DNA from: Ministeria vibrans ATCC 50519
Lineage: Eukaryota > Protista > Filasterea
DNA: 64,000 nucleotides
Reading direction: 5' to 3'
Assembly (NCBI GenBank): GCA_943704425.1
Contig: CALSCP010000692.1
Location: forward strand, 10,589 to 74,588
Shown here: positions 38,575-51,126 of the stretch, piece after piece
Layout of the letters: each line of letters begins with the position of its first letter
Position numbering within the stretch: position 1 is the first letter of the stretch
Translations under genes and position numbers: made by a program
The notes under the pieces: model-generated
What the model saw: the letters and a program-made list of their open reading frames with translations, nothing else
Database searches by the model: none
What the model was told of the DNA's origin: nothing

Positions 38575-40877
38575 ATGAGCACCTTGCTCAATGTACTTGT
38601 CTTGGCTTTTGCTTTGATTTGCAGCACTGATGCGCTCCACGACAATGTATCAATAATAACAAAATGATTGTTTTGTGTTGTGTAATAATATATAATAATA
38701 ATTATTTATGATCTTTTTCCGTCTCAGTTCTTCGCTCGTCCGAGCGCTCCCTATGGACTTCTCGCGAACCTGCTGCCGTCCCCCGCACTGGGAATGCCAC
38801 TGAGTGCCAACGTCGAGCTTGCCTTTGTTGTGGGCGACGCGTCTGGCTGTGATGCGGTCAATCAGCTAATGGTTGCCTACCAAGTTCTGGTGGCGTCTTC
38901 GCTGAGTACGCTCGCCAGCGACACTGGAGACGTGTGGGACTCGGGTCGTGTTGAAAGCGAGGTCTCCTACGGCATACGGCTGGCGAACAAAGATCGGCTG
39001 GGCCCAGCAAAGGCGTACTATTGGAAAGTGCGGACGTGGAATCGTGATGGACAGCAACACACTTGCACTTCGGCGTACTCGGCGCCACCGGCCGTCCTGG
39101 TCACAGCGCCGGACACCAGCTCGTCCGCACCCACCAAGGCTGTGTGGTCCTCGTCGAAAGAGGCGTTGTCCTTTGTGCGCCTGCGCACTGTTCTGGACGG
39201 TGTTCCGCTCGGCAACGACTCACTTGTGATGGCCACGGCGTTTGTGACAGGCCGCCACGGCGACAAGCTCCTTGGGGGCTACCGCCTGTACGTGGGTCAG
39301 ACCATGGTTGCAACGGGACCGGGGCGCGCCGACTCGCCTAGTGCGTTTCCCTTTGACGCCGTCAATGTGACAGAGGCAGTGTCGAGCGCCATCGCTGCAG
39401 ACCCCGCCCACGCTCTTGTTATTGGTCTGCAGGGCTACGGTGGTGCCCTGTGGCTACAATTGTACCTGGACTATGCCAGTGGCAAGCGCGTGATGGTGAG
39501 CACGGATAGCGAGAGTGACTGGAGTGCGCGTGATGCCAACGACTACTTTGTGCCAACTCTGTCGACGGCCAAGGCGTACAAACAGCCACGCGAGTACATT
39601 GACGCGCGCGCCATGTCCCCAACCGCATGGCTGTGGAGCAACTTTACACAGGATCACAGCTGGTCCCAGGCGACTACTGTCGATTCACCAATGCCCTTTT
39701 TGGCACCCCTTATCCCTAAAACGACACGACCTATCGCAATGGGAAAACAGTCAGTCGCGCGACGAACTCTCATCCGTGACACAACAACAAGCGCTGCTGA
39801 TCGCCATTTGATTGATTTTGGCAAAGAGCTACAAGGGGGGATTGTAGTTCATGCGCGAGGGGCGACCCAAGGCCAGCGACTGCGCATCACACTCGGCGAA
39901 GAACTGACACTCAATGGGACGCGAGTGTTGTCGCCCATGCGCACAGGAAACACCTTTGAGTCTGTGTGGACACTTGCACAGGGAGACCAGACTATTACGG
40001 CGCATGAAGTGAGACGAAAGCCGACAGTGGCAGAGAGAAAGAGAGGAGGAGGGAGACCAAACTGATAGAGGTGAGTGTACTCATCTTTCTCTTTATTCTC
40101 TCTTCCTTTTCTAGTACATGGAGTTTCGGTATGCACAAGTGGAGATTGAGCAAGTGCCGTCGACGTGTGGGGTTGTGGATGAGAACAGTGCGCTTGAGTT
40201 GCGCTGCGACGACAACGATGCGCTGATGGATGAAGTGGTGTTTGCTTCGTATGGGACGCCACAAGTGGAGATGGAAGGGACAGAGTGCAGTGGGACAGTG
40301 ATGGAGCGCAATGGGACGTGTGATGCGCCTGAGTCTGTACGTGTGGTGGAGCATGAGTGTGTGGGACGCAGTGCGTGTTCCGTCGTTGCGTCCAATGCGG
40401 TGTTTGGCGGTGATCCGTGCCACTTGACGCCCAAACAGCTGGCCGTGAAGGTCCGCTGTAAAAAGAAGCAGAGACAAACCGCTGGTTTGCTCGCGTTGGA
40501 CTTTTCTGCCTGGACAGTCCACTACCCATTTGATGAGAATGACTCGTCGTTCCACAGCGACAACGCATTGCTCAATCGAGTGTATACTCTCTGTCGCGAC
40601 ACACTGCGCATCACATCACTCGACACGTTCACCGATAGCAACACGCGCGAACGACTGCCGTACGAAGCAGACGGACTCATCAACGGCCTTGGGCGCAGCT
40701 ATGTGCAGCGTGAGTATGCCTGGCAACGCCACTCGTACGCCAATGTCTTCCAGAACCCAACGTGGCCCACTGTAAGCAGTAACAAAAGAGATAAAAAACG
40801 TTATTATTATAATCGTGACTGACTCTCTCTCTATCACTTTGTTTCTCTCTCTCTATCACTTTGTTTCTCTCTCTCTT

Positions 40878-40923
<46 letters not shown>

Positions 40924-41173
40924 TGTTTTTCTTTTGTCTCCTTTTGTTTTGTTTCTTTCTCCCTCCCTCTGTATCTCTCTTAGGAGTGGCGGCAGATGGA
41001 CAGTCTTCTGGCTGACATGGACTATATGTCAACGGGAAACCTTGTGCTTGCACAGGAGTACTACGAGACACTGCGCAACTACACAATGATGGAATACATG
41101 ACAGACAATGTAAAACACACCTATATATATGCACGCACACACACACAAACAAACAAAGAAAGAAAAATACATC

Positions 41174-41218
<45 letters not shown>

Positions 41219-42274
41219 CACATCTACGCTCACCGCTTTTTTTGCTCTTGTCCCAGCTTGTTGACTGGCACAACCATCCGCACGCCACCCGTGACATTGT
41301 CGACTGGCCTCAGGCAAGTCGCGATGGTTATGTGCTCACCGATGTCAATACGGTCGTCAATGCGTTTGCAGTGGCCTCACTGCGCACTCTTTCTCGTCTC
41401 GCCACTCAAATTCCCCAGCGCCACTCTGATGCGTCGCTTCTTGAGCTCCAGGTACGTATTTTTTTACTCTCTCGCTGACACTCACTTTTCTGTGTGTGGT
41501 ATTTAGGCCAATCGGACAGTGGAAGCAATGACGAAAGCGCTGTTGAACGCGACTGAGTTGTTGTTTTGCGATGGACTCTGTTCCAATGGCACTGCCGCGC
41601 ATCTGTCGTGGCATGCCTCGTTGTTTCCTCTATTTCTTGGTGTTCCATTGCGCACCGACACGACGCTGAAAGAGTCCCTTTTTAAGTATGTGTCGTCGAG
41701 GGGTATGGTTGGCAGTGTGTACGCCGCGTTTGCCTATGTGAATGCACTTTATGGACACACTGAGGACCACGGTCGGGCGGCTCTCGACGCCATGTTGTCG
41801 TGTGACGAGAACTCGTGGTGTCACATGCTCAACGATGGAGCAACCACAACGGAAGAGGCGTGGGATGCGAGGGAGAAGCCTAATGAGTCATGGTCGCATC
41901 CCTGGGCCACTGTGCCTGTTTCTGCCATTCCCTCTGGCCTTGTGGGTGTCCGTCCGCTTAGACCCGCCTTCTCCGAGTTTCTTGTGCGTCCTCAATTGGG
42001 CTCGAAGCTCTCGTTGGTCACCGCACGCATCCCTTCTTTGTCTGCGGGCTTTATCGACGTGACAGTGCGTCAGGAGAACACCACCTCGATGGACATTCGT
42101 GTCTCGGTCGCCGCCAACACTGTCGCGCGTGTCTGTCTGCCACTCTATGCCTCTCCCGCGTGTCTTCGGGTTTTCGTCGACGGAAGCGCGACCAGTGGGC
42201 ATATCGATGGTGACTATGTGTGTGTGTCGCTCGGCTCTGGCGATCGCCACGTCTCACGCGCCAAATGTGCATAG
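38575..42274 (+). CDS. Secreted GH78 alpha-L-rhamnosidase with an inserted SUEL/Gal_lectin domain
   Basis: Signal peptide MSTLLNVLVLAFALICSTDA; AYQVLVASS...DVWDSGRV; YYWKVRTW; IDFGKELQGG; YMEFRYA; TDSNTRERLPYEAD; GATTTEEAW; SWSHPW. Confidence 0.9.
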
Positions 42275-42499
42275 ACACCATCAAGCAACAACCGCGCGAC
42301 ATTGAACACTGTACTAAAGAGCAAGCTTTCTGACTTTCTGTTCCGCTGGTTCCGCTTGATAGCTTCACCTTTGGAGTGCGATCAACGAATACAACTGTGA
42401 AGCTCTAATTATCTAATAATAAAAGTTATGACTGAACTTCACTTCACTTTTCTCGATCCTCTTTTTTTTTTCATCTTCTCAACACCCAACTAAAAAACC

Positions 42500-44068
42500 A
42501 TGCCTACTCCCTCTGTTACTGCTGCTGCCGGTTTTGACGCCGAGAAGGACGCCGAAGTGCTCCGCAAGGCCATGAAGGGTACATTTAAAGGAGATCTCGC
42601 CTGTTCGCCCATTCCCGCCGCCCCTGCGCGCCCCATGCTTGCCTCAGGGTCGTGCGTACCCTTTTACTGACGCCATGCTGCCGTTGACGGGCGTTATCGC
42701 GAATGATTTGATCTCTTTTTCGCCGACCGGTCTTTTTTTTTTTTTTTTTTTTTTTTTTTTCTCTGATTTGTTTGTCATCCTACGCAAAAAATAGTGTTGC
42801 GTGCCGCGTGCGCACCCGCCGTGGTGGCTACGCTGTGCTGTAGCATTCCCTTCGTGTGCCGTGCGGTTCCAATTTGATGCGAATAGAGTGGAATGAGAAT
42901 TTTTCGCACTTTTTTACGTTTTTCCTTTTGTTTGTCTGTTGTTTGTCTGTTGTCACTACGACACAAAAAAAAAAAAAAAAAACCNNNNNNNNNNGATTCC
43001 TCTGGCGCGACATCGCGTATGAAATCGACCAGAAGAAGGCCGAAACTTGTTTGTGTGCACCACTAGGCCTGGGCACGGATGAGAAGGCGATTATTCAGTG
43101 CGTGTGCCACCGGTCGAACGAACAGCGTCTGGAGATCATCAAGATGTTCAAGACAATGTACGGCAAGGATCTGATCAAGGAGCTCAAGAGCGAGCTGGGC
43201 GGCCACTTTGAGGACCTTATCATCGGCTGGATGATGCCCAAGTACGATTTCTTGGCCTGGGCTCTGCACGACGCGTGCGCCGGAGCCGGCACGACGGAGA
43301 GCACACTCATTGATGTGATTTGTGGCGCGTCGTCCGAGGACCTTAAGCTTATCATTCAGGCGTACAAGGACCTTTACAACAAGGACCTCGAGAAGGTCAT
43401 CACGAGCGAGACCTCGGGACACTTCAAGTAAACGCGCAACGGAGAAGAAGGAATATACCCTCATGCTAATTTTATTGATGCTTTTAGGCGCATCCTTGTC
43501 TCGTCGCTCCAGTGCAACCGCTCGTCGTCGACGGATGTGGACCCGGCCAAGGCTCATGCCGAAGCCGAGGAGCTTTTCAACGCTGGTGAGGGCAAGCTGG
43601 GCACAGACGAGAGCTGCTTCAACCGTCTGCTGTCACTGCGCTCGTGCGCTCAGCTCGACGCTACCTTCAACGAGTACGCCAAGCTGTCGGGATACGACAT
43701 TGAGCGCACCATTCAGCGTGAGATGTCGGGTGACCTTGAGAAGGCCATGCTTGCTGTTGTCAAGTGCATGCGCAACCGCGCCGAGTACTTTGCCGAGCGC
43801 ATCTACCAGAGCATGGACGGTGCCGGCACCAACGACAAGGTACGAGTCATCACACAAAACCAAGAGGGAGATACTCATTATTTTCATTTTCTCTTTTTAC
43901 CTGATTGTGTAGGCACTGATCCGCCACGTCGTCTCGCACGCCGAGGTTGACATGGAGGACATCAAGACTGAGTTCATGAAGAAGTACAAGAAGTCGGTCA
44001 GCAAGATGATCGAGAAAGACACATCGGGCGACTACAAGCGCGGCCTTATTGAGATTGTCGGCCAATGA
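42500..44068 (+). CDS. Annexin (four-repeat core, short N-terminus)
   Basis: FDAEKDAEVLRKAMKG|LGTDEKAII, KSELGGHFE, GAGTTE, GEGKLGTDE, SMDGAGTND, DTSGDYKR. Confidence 0.96.
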
Positions 44069-44135
44069 TCAGTACATCGTACATACACTCTTTGTCTTTT
44101 TTTGGAATTGTTATGTGTTTGTATGAGAGAAGGAT

Positions 44136-44645
44136 TTAAAGAGGAGTGAGCACGTAGAAGCCCACGTCGTGTGGCACAATGGGCACCAGGAAGGAGTCTG
44201 TGGCATTGTACAGGTCTGTGTGGGCCCACACGTCGCGCACTCTGTACGTGGTGTGCGCAGGCAGACCCAGCATGGCCCATGTGATGAGCACCGTCTGCAG
44301 TGTCTGCGTGTCCGTGTTGATGGCAGCCACTGCATGACGGTTCTTGGACAAGGGACCAGCCCACACCTATAGACGGAAGGAGAGGGTTATGCCGTGGGTG
44401 TGTGTGTGTGTGTAATTGTCAGGGTGTGTGGCGTACCTCCCATGATTGCGATGGAGGGGATGTGCCAACCAGAGTGCCTAAAAAAGTGAAAAGGTCGTTA
44501 GTCTGCGCGCGTGCGCATTATCACTTTGTTTCTTTTCTCCCTCCTTTCTCCTTGTCACTTTGTTTCTCTCCCTCTTCTCTGTCTATCTGTCTCTTCTTTA
44601 AGTACCTTGAACACCCAGATTGTCTTGATTCACCGCAATTGCTGC

Positions 44646-44717
<72 letters not shown>

Positions 44718-45959
44718 AACAAAGTCAGCCCTCTTCGATCTTTGCTCTCGCAACCAAAATTAGAATTTTCTTACCTTCCTTGTTTGTGAGAATATTGAGT
44801 GTAGACTGGGATGTGTTAGTGATGTCAGTTCCAATGATAAGCGGCGCCTTGACAAGACACCACAAGCTGAAGTGGACACGGCTCTCGCTAACACTCAGCC
44901 CAGGATTGCCCACTTCAAGCATGTCAGGGTCTAAAAGGAACACACACCATCGTCATATACACACACACACACTTGCTTGTGTGTGGTACCGTTGAACCCG
45001 CCGGGAGCAGCTGATGAGGCAAATGCGTTGTTCTGATGCACCTTTTGCATCATACTCACCCATGAGTTGGTGATGTCGCCTGTGGTGCGCCACATCTGCC
45101 GAGAGAACACACACACAAAAAAAAAAAAAAAAAAACGACACAAACACATCACAAGTCAGGGAAATCAGAAGAGTCATCAGGATGTCGTAATTACGTTGGC
45201 AAGATCAGGTACCGCCGTGGGTCCGTGAATCGAGTAGTAAATAGGGCGTCCGGTGGCATTGAGCGCGTCGCGCATTCGAGGATAGCTCGAGTTGACCGAA
45301 CCGCACGAGTCGAATTTCAGATAGTCGACGCCCAAGTCTGCGTAATATTGCGCATCATACTGCTCAAAGCCGGCCGAGCCGTCGTCGTTTGACTTGTCTC
45401 CACTGTTGCAACATTGCGTTTTGGATGCGCTGGAATAGATGCCAAACTTGAGCGCACGGGCGTGGACGTAGTCGGCGAGCCCCTTGAGCCCCGACGGAAA
45501 GCGAGTGCCGTTGACCACTTGCAGACCCGTCGCCGGATCCCGCTTGCCTGTGGTCCAGCCGCAGTCAATGTTCACGTACTCGTATCCTGCATCGCGCAGT
45601 CCGGTGGACACAAACGCATCGGCAATCCGCTGTAAACAAACAATGTTTGTTGACAGTCCCATCATCGCAAACCATGTACCATCATAAACGTCTCTCCATA
45701 GCCACACGGAGCTCCCGGCAGCTTGGGTGTTCCTTTTGAAGTGCATCCTCTGTATGGAAAGAACGCGAGAGAGAGGGAGAGAGCGCGTGAGAGAGATTGA
45801 GAAAGAGAGAGTGAGAGAATGTAAAGGGTTGTGATAAGAATGCTCTCCGCACCGGCAATTCCAGGGATTAAACCCCATGGGAGGCTTTAATAATCCATTG
45901 TTCAGACCAAACACAACAGCCACGAGGGAGGAAATGATCACAAGCGTCGAGGAGCCCAT
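44136..45959 (-). CDS. GH27 alpha-galactosidase / alpha-N-acetylgalactosaminidase, secreted or lysosomal
   Basis: Signal peptide followed by [16 protein letters not shown]; [10 protein letters not shown]; DYLKFDSC (nucleophile Asp); WRTTGDI; DPDMLEVGN; C-terminal VRDVWAH. Confidence 0.94.
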
Positions 45960-46602
45960 CAGACGATCATTCACCAAAATAAATAATATTAGTGGTAATA
46001 TTTGCGATCAAATATCAATGAGAGACTACTGAATCGACTGAAGAAGAAATGGAGGACTCTTTAGAGAAGAAACCGTCAGTAATGGGGAAGTGGCGTATTC
46101 ACAGAGTGGTGAACTGGTGATCTCTCTCTCTCTCTCTCTCTTTCTCTTGAACTCTCTCTCTCTCTCTCTCTCTCTATTCAATGGTGGTTAAAATTTCATC
46201 CGTCTGATCAGTGGCATTGTTGGTCGCAACGCGCACGGGACTTCTAGTTACATTAGTACAGATAGCCAGTGATTAGCCACTTAACACTTTGCTGGCAGGG
46301 CGCAACAAGTTCTCGCTCGTGCCCTCCTCGTGTTGGTGGGGTGGGGTGTCTCACTCACTCGCCTTGCACACACAGCCATGACATGGTGGCAAACCCTTGT
46401 CGCTACTTAACTGGCACTGCAACACACGGTTGGCGACCACCATTGGGATGTTCGCGGTACACTAGCGCGCACACACGCCCGCATGGGCGTGATTTCCATT
46501 CCTTTTTTTTCTTCATCCAATAGATAAGTAATTCACTATTTACAAAATCAAATCAAAATACAATAGATACAGTATCACATGCGGATATAGGTATACACGA
46601 AT

Positions 46603-47346
46603 TCACATAGAGTAGACTCGAACATAGAGAGGAACGCCTTCCACACTGGACGGGACAGGGACAGTGGTGAGTCCTGCCTGTAGGTTGACGTGCAGACAGG
46701 TGTGTGAGCCTGACATGGTGGAGCTGGTGTCCAAGAGCTCGCATGAAATGTCGTTCCCCAATGCTTCCAGGGCACCCACCACGACGCCGGCATCCATTAC
46801 TGCCGGTAGAAGCAGCTCCAGCCGCGTGTTGGTCGGCACAAGCGTCCGCTTGGTGACATGCTTGGGATGAACCAGCGCCAGTCCGATCTTCTGCGCTGCC
46901 TGCTCAAACAGCCACAGGCGTCCTTCGTGGGAGTTGCCAGAGCGCTGGGTGAGGCACAGCCGACTGGTACGGACGCTGGCTTGCGGAGACGGGAGAATCT
47001 TGGCTGCACCCGACTTGAACATAATGTAGTTGTCTGCGTCGCGACGATTTGAGCAGGAAGGATCGTATATGAACACGCTGGGCGCTCCACTCGGTGCGTA
47101 GAGCGTCTGCCGAGTCGGTAAATGCTCGGAGAAGGTCGCAAAAGCAGCCCGTAGATCGGGATGGCGCGAGAGAAGCGATGCAAGTGTAGAGACGACACTG
47201 TCGTCGTCAAACCACTCTCTCTCCTCATCGGTCGACGACAGCAGCGTTACAACGGTGATTTCATCCTCTGTACACAAACATGTCCCGCTGTCCAACGCGT
47301 GGTTCGAGTGGCAGTCAGAGTGAGTGTGAGACGACCAATCGTCCAT
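46603..47346 (-). CDS. Hypothetical protein, 247 aa, intronless
   Basis: ATG-initiated ORF with coding-like GC content and AT-rich flanks; no family recognised. Confidence 0.55.
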   Translation of the reverse strand: MDDWSSHTHSDCHSNHALDSGTCLCTEDEITVVTLLSSTDEEREWFDDDSVVSTLASLLSRHPDLRAAFATFSEHLPTRQTLYAPSGAPSVFIYDPSCSNRRDADNYIMFKSGAAKILPSPQASVRTSRLCLTQRSGNSHEGRLWLFEQAAQKIGLALVHPKHVTKRTLVPTNTRLELLLPAVMDAGVVVGALEALGNDISCELLDTSSTMSGSHTCLHVNLQAGLTTVPVPSSVEGVPLYVRVYSM

Positions 47347-47648
47347 AATGCTAAAAAAAAAAATAATAATTAATATACGAAACTCACCAACTCAAATTGG
47401 AAACGTGTGAGTAGAACCGACCGACGACGCGACTCCATTCGCGTCGCAGCTCCACACTCTGATGGCCAACGAGCCATTGGCAGTCAAGCATCAGCAGCCG
47501 CGGGCGAGGTTCTTCTTGCGACGCTGTGGTGCGCTCGTTCGGCACACGATAAGACGCAGGCGAGCTCGCCCTTCGCCACGTTTTTGCGGGCGAAATTGAC
47601 GATTTCCATAATAACACACTAGCAACAGTCTGATTTCGATATTTTGCT

Positions 47649-48630
47649 ATGCTTGCACTGTACATTGTACTGTGCGGATTAGTAGCGGCCATTGATGCAG
47701 CGACAATCACGAGCGTGCCGGCAGGCGAGAGTGGCATTCCAGTCAACGTCACATCATCAAACCTGCAGGTCGCCTTCAAGGTTTGCGAGGGAGACGCTAT
47801 GGCATCAGTCATAGCACCAACGGGGGCGATTGTTGTCACCCTGTCGCGTGAAGAGGTCTTCGAGGCCGACTATCTTCAAGTAAGATCAGGTACCTTTCAG
47901 ACTGATTTTGACACGTGTGGTTTAGAACGGAATATATGTACTGATGATCACAAGTGTGTCTGGTGCGAATGTTACGGTCAATACAACTACGACGAGTGAG
48001 CAATGGGAGTACCCCGTTCTACCTGGCGACACGAGCGTGACTGCGACCGCCACCAGTGCGACGAGCATGAGCGTGAGCTGGGCCGCGGCGACGGGTGACG
48101 ATGTCGTGTACTGTGTGTACTGGCACGAGGAGGATGAGCATATGGACAGCGATGCACACGGCAGCAGCTGCTCAACCCACTTTGGTGACGAGCACACAAG
48201 CAGCATGTGCACCAATGCGACGAGCGTGACGCTGACGGGCCTGCACGCGGACAGCGAGTACCATGTCGATGTCGTTGCCAAGCGTCAAACGTACACACTG
48301 GCGTACATGTCGGCCGTTGCGACAACGCTTCACGGCGAGACGGTGGTACTTCAGAGTGGCATGGCCGGCGTGTTCAACATCAGTGGTGGTGACGAGCTGG
48401 ACATTGTGGTGGACGTGGGCACGAGCACCAGTAGCCTCAAGGTGCTCGTTGAGGGCTGCAGCGTCGACGTGGCATGGCAGCTGCTGTCGCCGACAAACGC
48501 CGTGCTGCAGGCGATGGGCAACGTGAGCGCGGTGGACACGGACCACGATCACGACCACGACCACGATCGTCGTCGCGACGATGAGCACGACCACGATGAC
48601 GACGATGATGAGCACGATCACGAGCATGCG
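47649..48630 (+). CDS. Secreted NDNF/Nord-like FN3 protein with a His/Asp-rich tract, truncated at an assembly gap
   Basis: Signal peptide; GIYVLMITS...TTTSEQWEYPVLPGD...VSW...YCVYW...LTGLHADSEYHVDVVA...LAY resembles NDNF GLYQLDLLS...TTTPESDQPYPELPYD...LAW...YCVVI...VSDLKPDTQYYFDVFV...TAY. Confidence 0.7.
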
Positions 48631-48639
48631 NNNNNNNNN
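48631..48639. other. Assembly gap (N-run); other gaps at 42985-42994 and 54799-54808
   Basis: Runs of n in the sequence. Confidence 1.
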
Positions 48640-48648
48640 TCTTTCTCC

Positions 48649-48694
<46 letters not shown>

Positions 48695-48776
48695 TATCTT
48701 TTTTTGTCCACTCTCTCGTTCTCTTTCTTTAACTCTCTCTCTCTCTCGCTCTCTTTCTTTTCCTCTCGATCTGTAC

Positions 48777-49800
48777 TTGGTTTTCTCCATGACTGGGCCC
48801 AGATCCTCTTCGGTAATCTCTCCGCCAAGTCGCAGTGTCTTCTGGATGTACTCAAACACACCCCACCCACTACAAAAAAAAAAAGAAAAAAAATACAGTC
48901 ACTTACAACATTACATATACACCCACACAGACTTCAGGCGTCGCGGTCGTACGATGATTTCTTAGCAGAGGACTTGCTCACGTCGGATTGTGATGGAGTG
49001 TACTCGAGGTCTTCCACATCGCCCGAGTGCGACACTTTGGCGTTTGGGTCGAGGTACTCCTTGGTAGACGTGCCTTCACCGACAATGACGGATTTGGGTT
49101 CGCGTTCGATGGGTTTGATGCGGGAGGTGCGCGACGAAGAGGGAGAGGGTTCTTCGGACGTGCGGCGTTGTTGCGCCTGTTCGCGTCGTTTCTGCTGCAG
49201 GATCTGTTTTGGGGTGAGTTTGACGGCAGGAGAGGCAGGAGCACTTTGTGGAGTTGCTGCTGCGGCTGAAGGGGTATCTGGCGTGGCGTTGGTGGTGCTG
49301 TGGGGGGAGGCAAGCGGTGATTTGGCATGGTCATCCACTGTCGACGTGGCGCGGCCCTTTGAAGGCGCCCCAGCGCGGTTCTTGCGCTCCTGAATGTGCT
49401 GCATCTCAGCCGCCTCCATGTCGTCGACGAACTGGTCGTGGAACCGGTCGCCAAGGGCAGCAGGATCGTCGCGAGCAACGGGGTTGTTTTCGTCGAGGAC
49501 GGCCGCGACCCGTTCGCGCGTCTTGTGCAGCAGCGTCTCCACGTAGGGGACCTTGGTGCGGAAGGTCGAGGCAAACACGGCAACAAAGAGGAGGCCACGG
49601 GCGTTGTCGAGCACGTAGCGCAGCGTGTCGTCCTTGGTTGCGAACGTCCCGTCGCTGTTTCCGCCTCGCTCGACGGCCCGCGCGGGCGCCAGCAGCTCCG
49701 CCATCAGCGCATTGACAGGGTCGCCCACGACGCTCATCTCGCTGTTGTACTCGTACAGTACCAGACCCGTACGAGTGCACACCACAAACTTCGAAAGCAT
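48777..49800 (-). CDS. SRPRA: SRP receptor alpha, N-terminal half (SRX longin domain plus linker)
   Basis: MLSKFVVCTRTGLVLY...PVNALM..LL...ERGGN...LRYVLDNARGLLFVAVF matches the SRalpha SRX domain; exon 2 ends ...EEDLGPVMEKTK at a GT donor (48776). Confidence 0.9.
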
Positions 49801-49994
49801 GACAAGAAAAATTGAATAATAATTGAATACGTCGTAATCATCATTTTTAGTCTTTCTTTCATTCTGTGATCTTCTCGCCAGTAAACATCACTTATCCGTC
49901 GTTTGTCATCACTTTCACACTTTGCGCTCTGTCGTGACCTGTGGCGCCTCTCTTTCGTGTCTCACGAAAACATCTTTTTTTTTTTGTGATAGAC

Positions 49995-50906
49995 ATGAAG
50001 CAGAAGCATTTCATCGATGCTCACAAGTCCATGACATTCTTTGTATGTCTTGGACTGATGCACCACTACAACCAGTGGGAAAACACAACGCTGTGGGTGT
50101 GTAAGGCTTCACGCAATCCCGCTCGCTCTCTCTCTCTCTCTCTGTGCCCTCCCCTCGTGCCCCATTCACGCGGAGAGCGTGTGCACTGGGCACATGTTCA
50201 CATGTTGTGCCAATGCGCAGTCATCCTTGCCCGAATGGGACGCACTTTTTTTCAAACCAGCTCAAAAACAACACAAAAGAAAGCAACATACACAAACACA
50301 CCACATCACATCCAACGTCTGTTTGTTTCTCTTAGACACGGCTCTCCATGGCACGTACGGTGTCTTGTGGACTCTCAAGAGCCAGATCTTCCCGGACAAG
50401 CAGTGGGAGCAGGAGTGCTCCATCTTCTACGGTCTCTACATGTTCTTCGGTCTGCTGCTCTACTGGGCCTCTCCGCTGCTGATTGCTCTGCAGGGAGCTA
50501 ACCTTGTCGTGCCCCCGGCCTTCCTCTGCGGCATCATTACCATGTGGGGCATTGGCGTCTTCTACCACTTTACCTCTGACATGGAGAAGGACATCTCACT
50601 CAAAGTACGAAAACCAATGCCCAACTCACTCGCTCACTTGCCCACACCTCTCAGCTCAACCCCGGTAAACTGTTTACCACGGGCCTGTGGGCGCGCTGCC
50701 GCAACCCCAACTACTTTGGCGAGCTGCTCATCTACCTGTCGTTTGCTCTGCTGCCCGGCTCGCCCTACCCCCCGCTCTTCCTGCTCGCCTTTATCCTCAT
50801 TGTGTGGGTCCCCAATATGCTTAAGAAGGATCGCTCGCTCTCTCGCCATCCCGGCTACGCCGAGTACAAAAAGCGCAGTAGCATTCTCATTCCGCTCATT
50901 CTTTGA
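49995..50906 (+). CDS. DUF1295 / steroid 5-alpha-reductase-like (ICMT/ERG24 clan) membrane protein
   Basis: YTALHGTYGVLWTLKSQIFPDKQWE, SDMEK, LFTTGLWARCRNPNYFGELLIY, KKDRSLSRHPGYAEYK. Confidence 0.85.
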
Positions 50907-51126
50907 GCAGAGAACGAACATGTAGACCAAAGAAAACGGAGAAACCTAATTGAAAACTATATGTGTGTGAACTGCCAAGTGTGAGGAAATCCAAAATGCT
51001 GTCATTTATTGATCTGTGTGTTTTGCTTAATGCTTCACTGTCGATGAGTATGAATATATAATTATCTAATATTATATAAGAAAAATACTAGTTTACATGT
51101 TCAATGTTTACAAAAACGATCAACGG

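Noticed and set aside
38575-45959. GH78 plus GH27 as a polysaccharide-utilisation cluster
   Set aside because: Separated by an unrelated annexin, both intron-rich, with no transporter or regulator; adjacency alone is insufficient.
28090-48776. Trans-splicing as the explanation for the split SRPRA
   Set aside because: The halves are collinear on the same strand with canonical sites; the truncated boundary genes, an N-gap and shared junction repeats favour misassembly.
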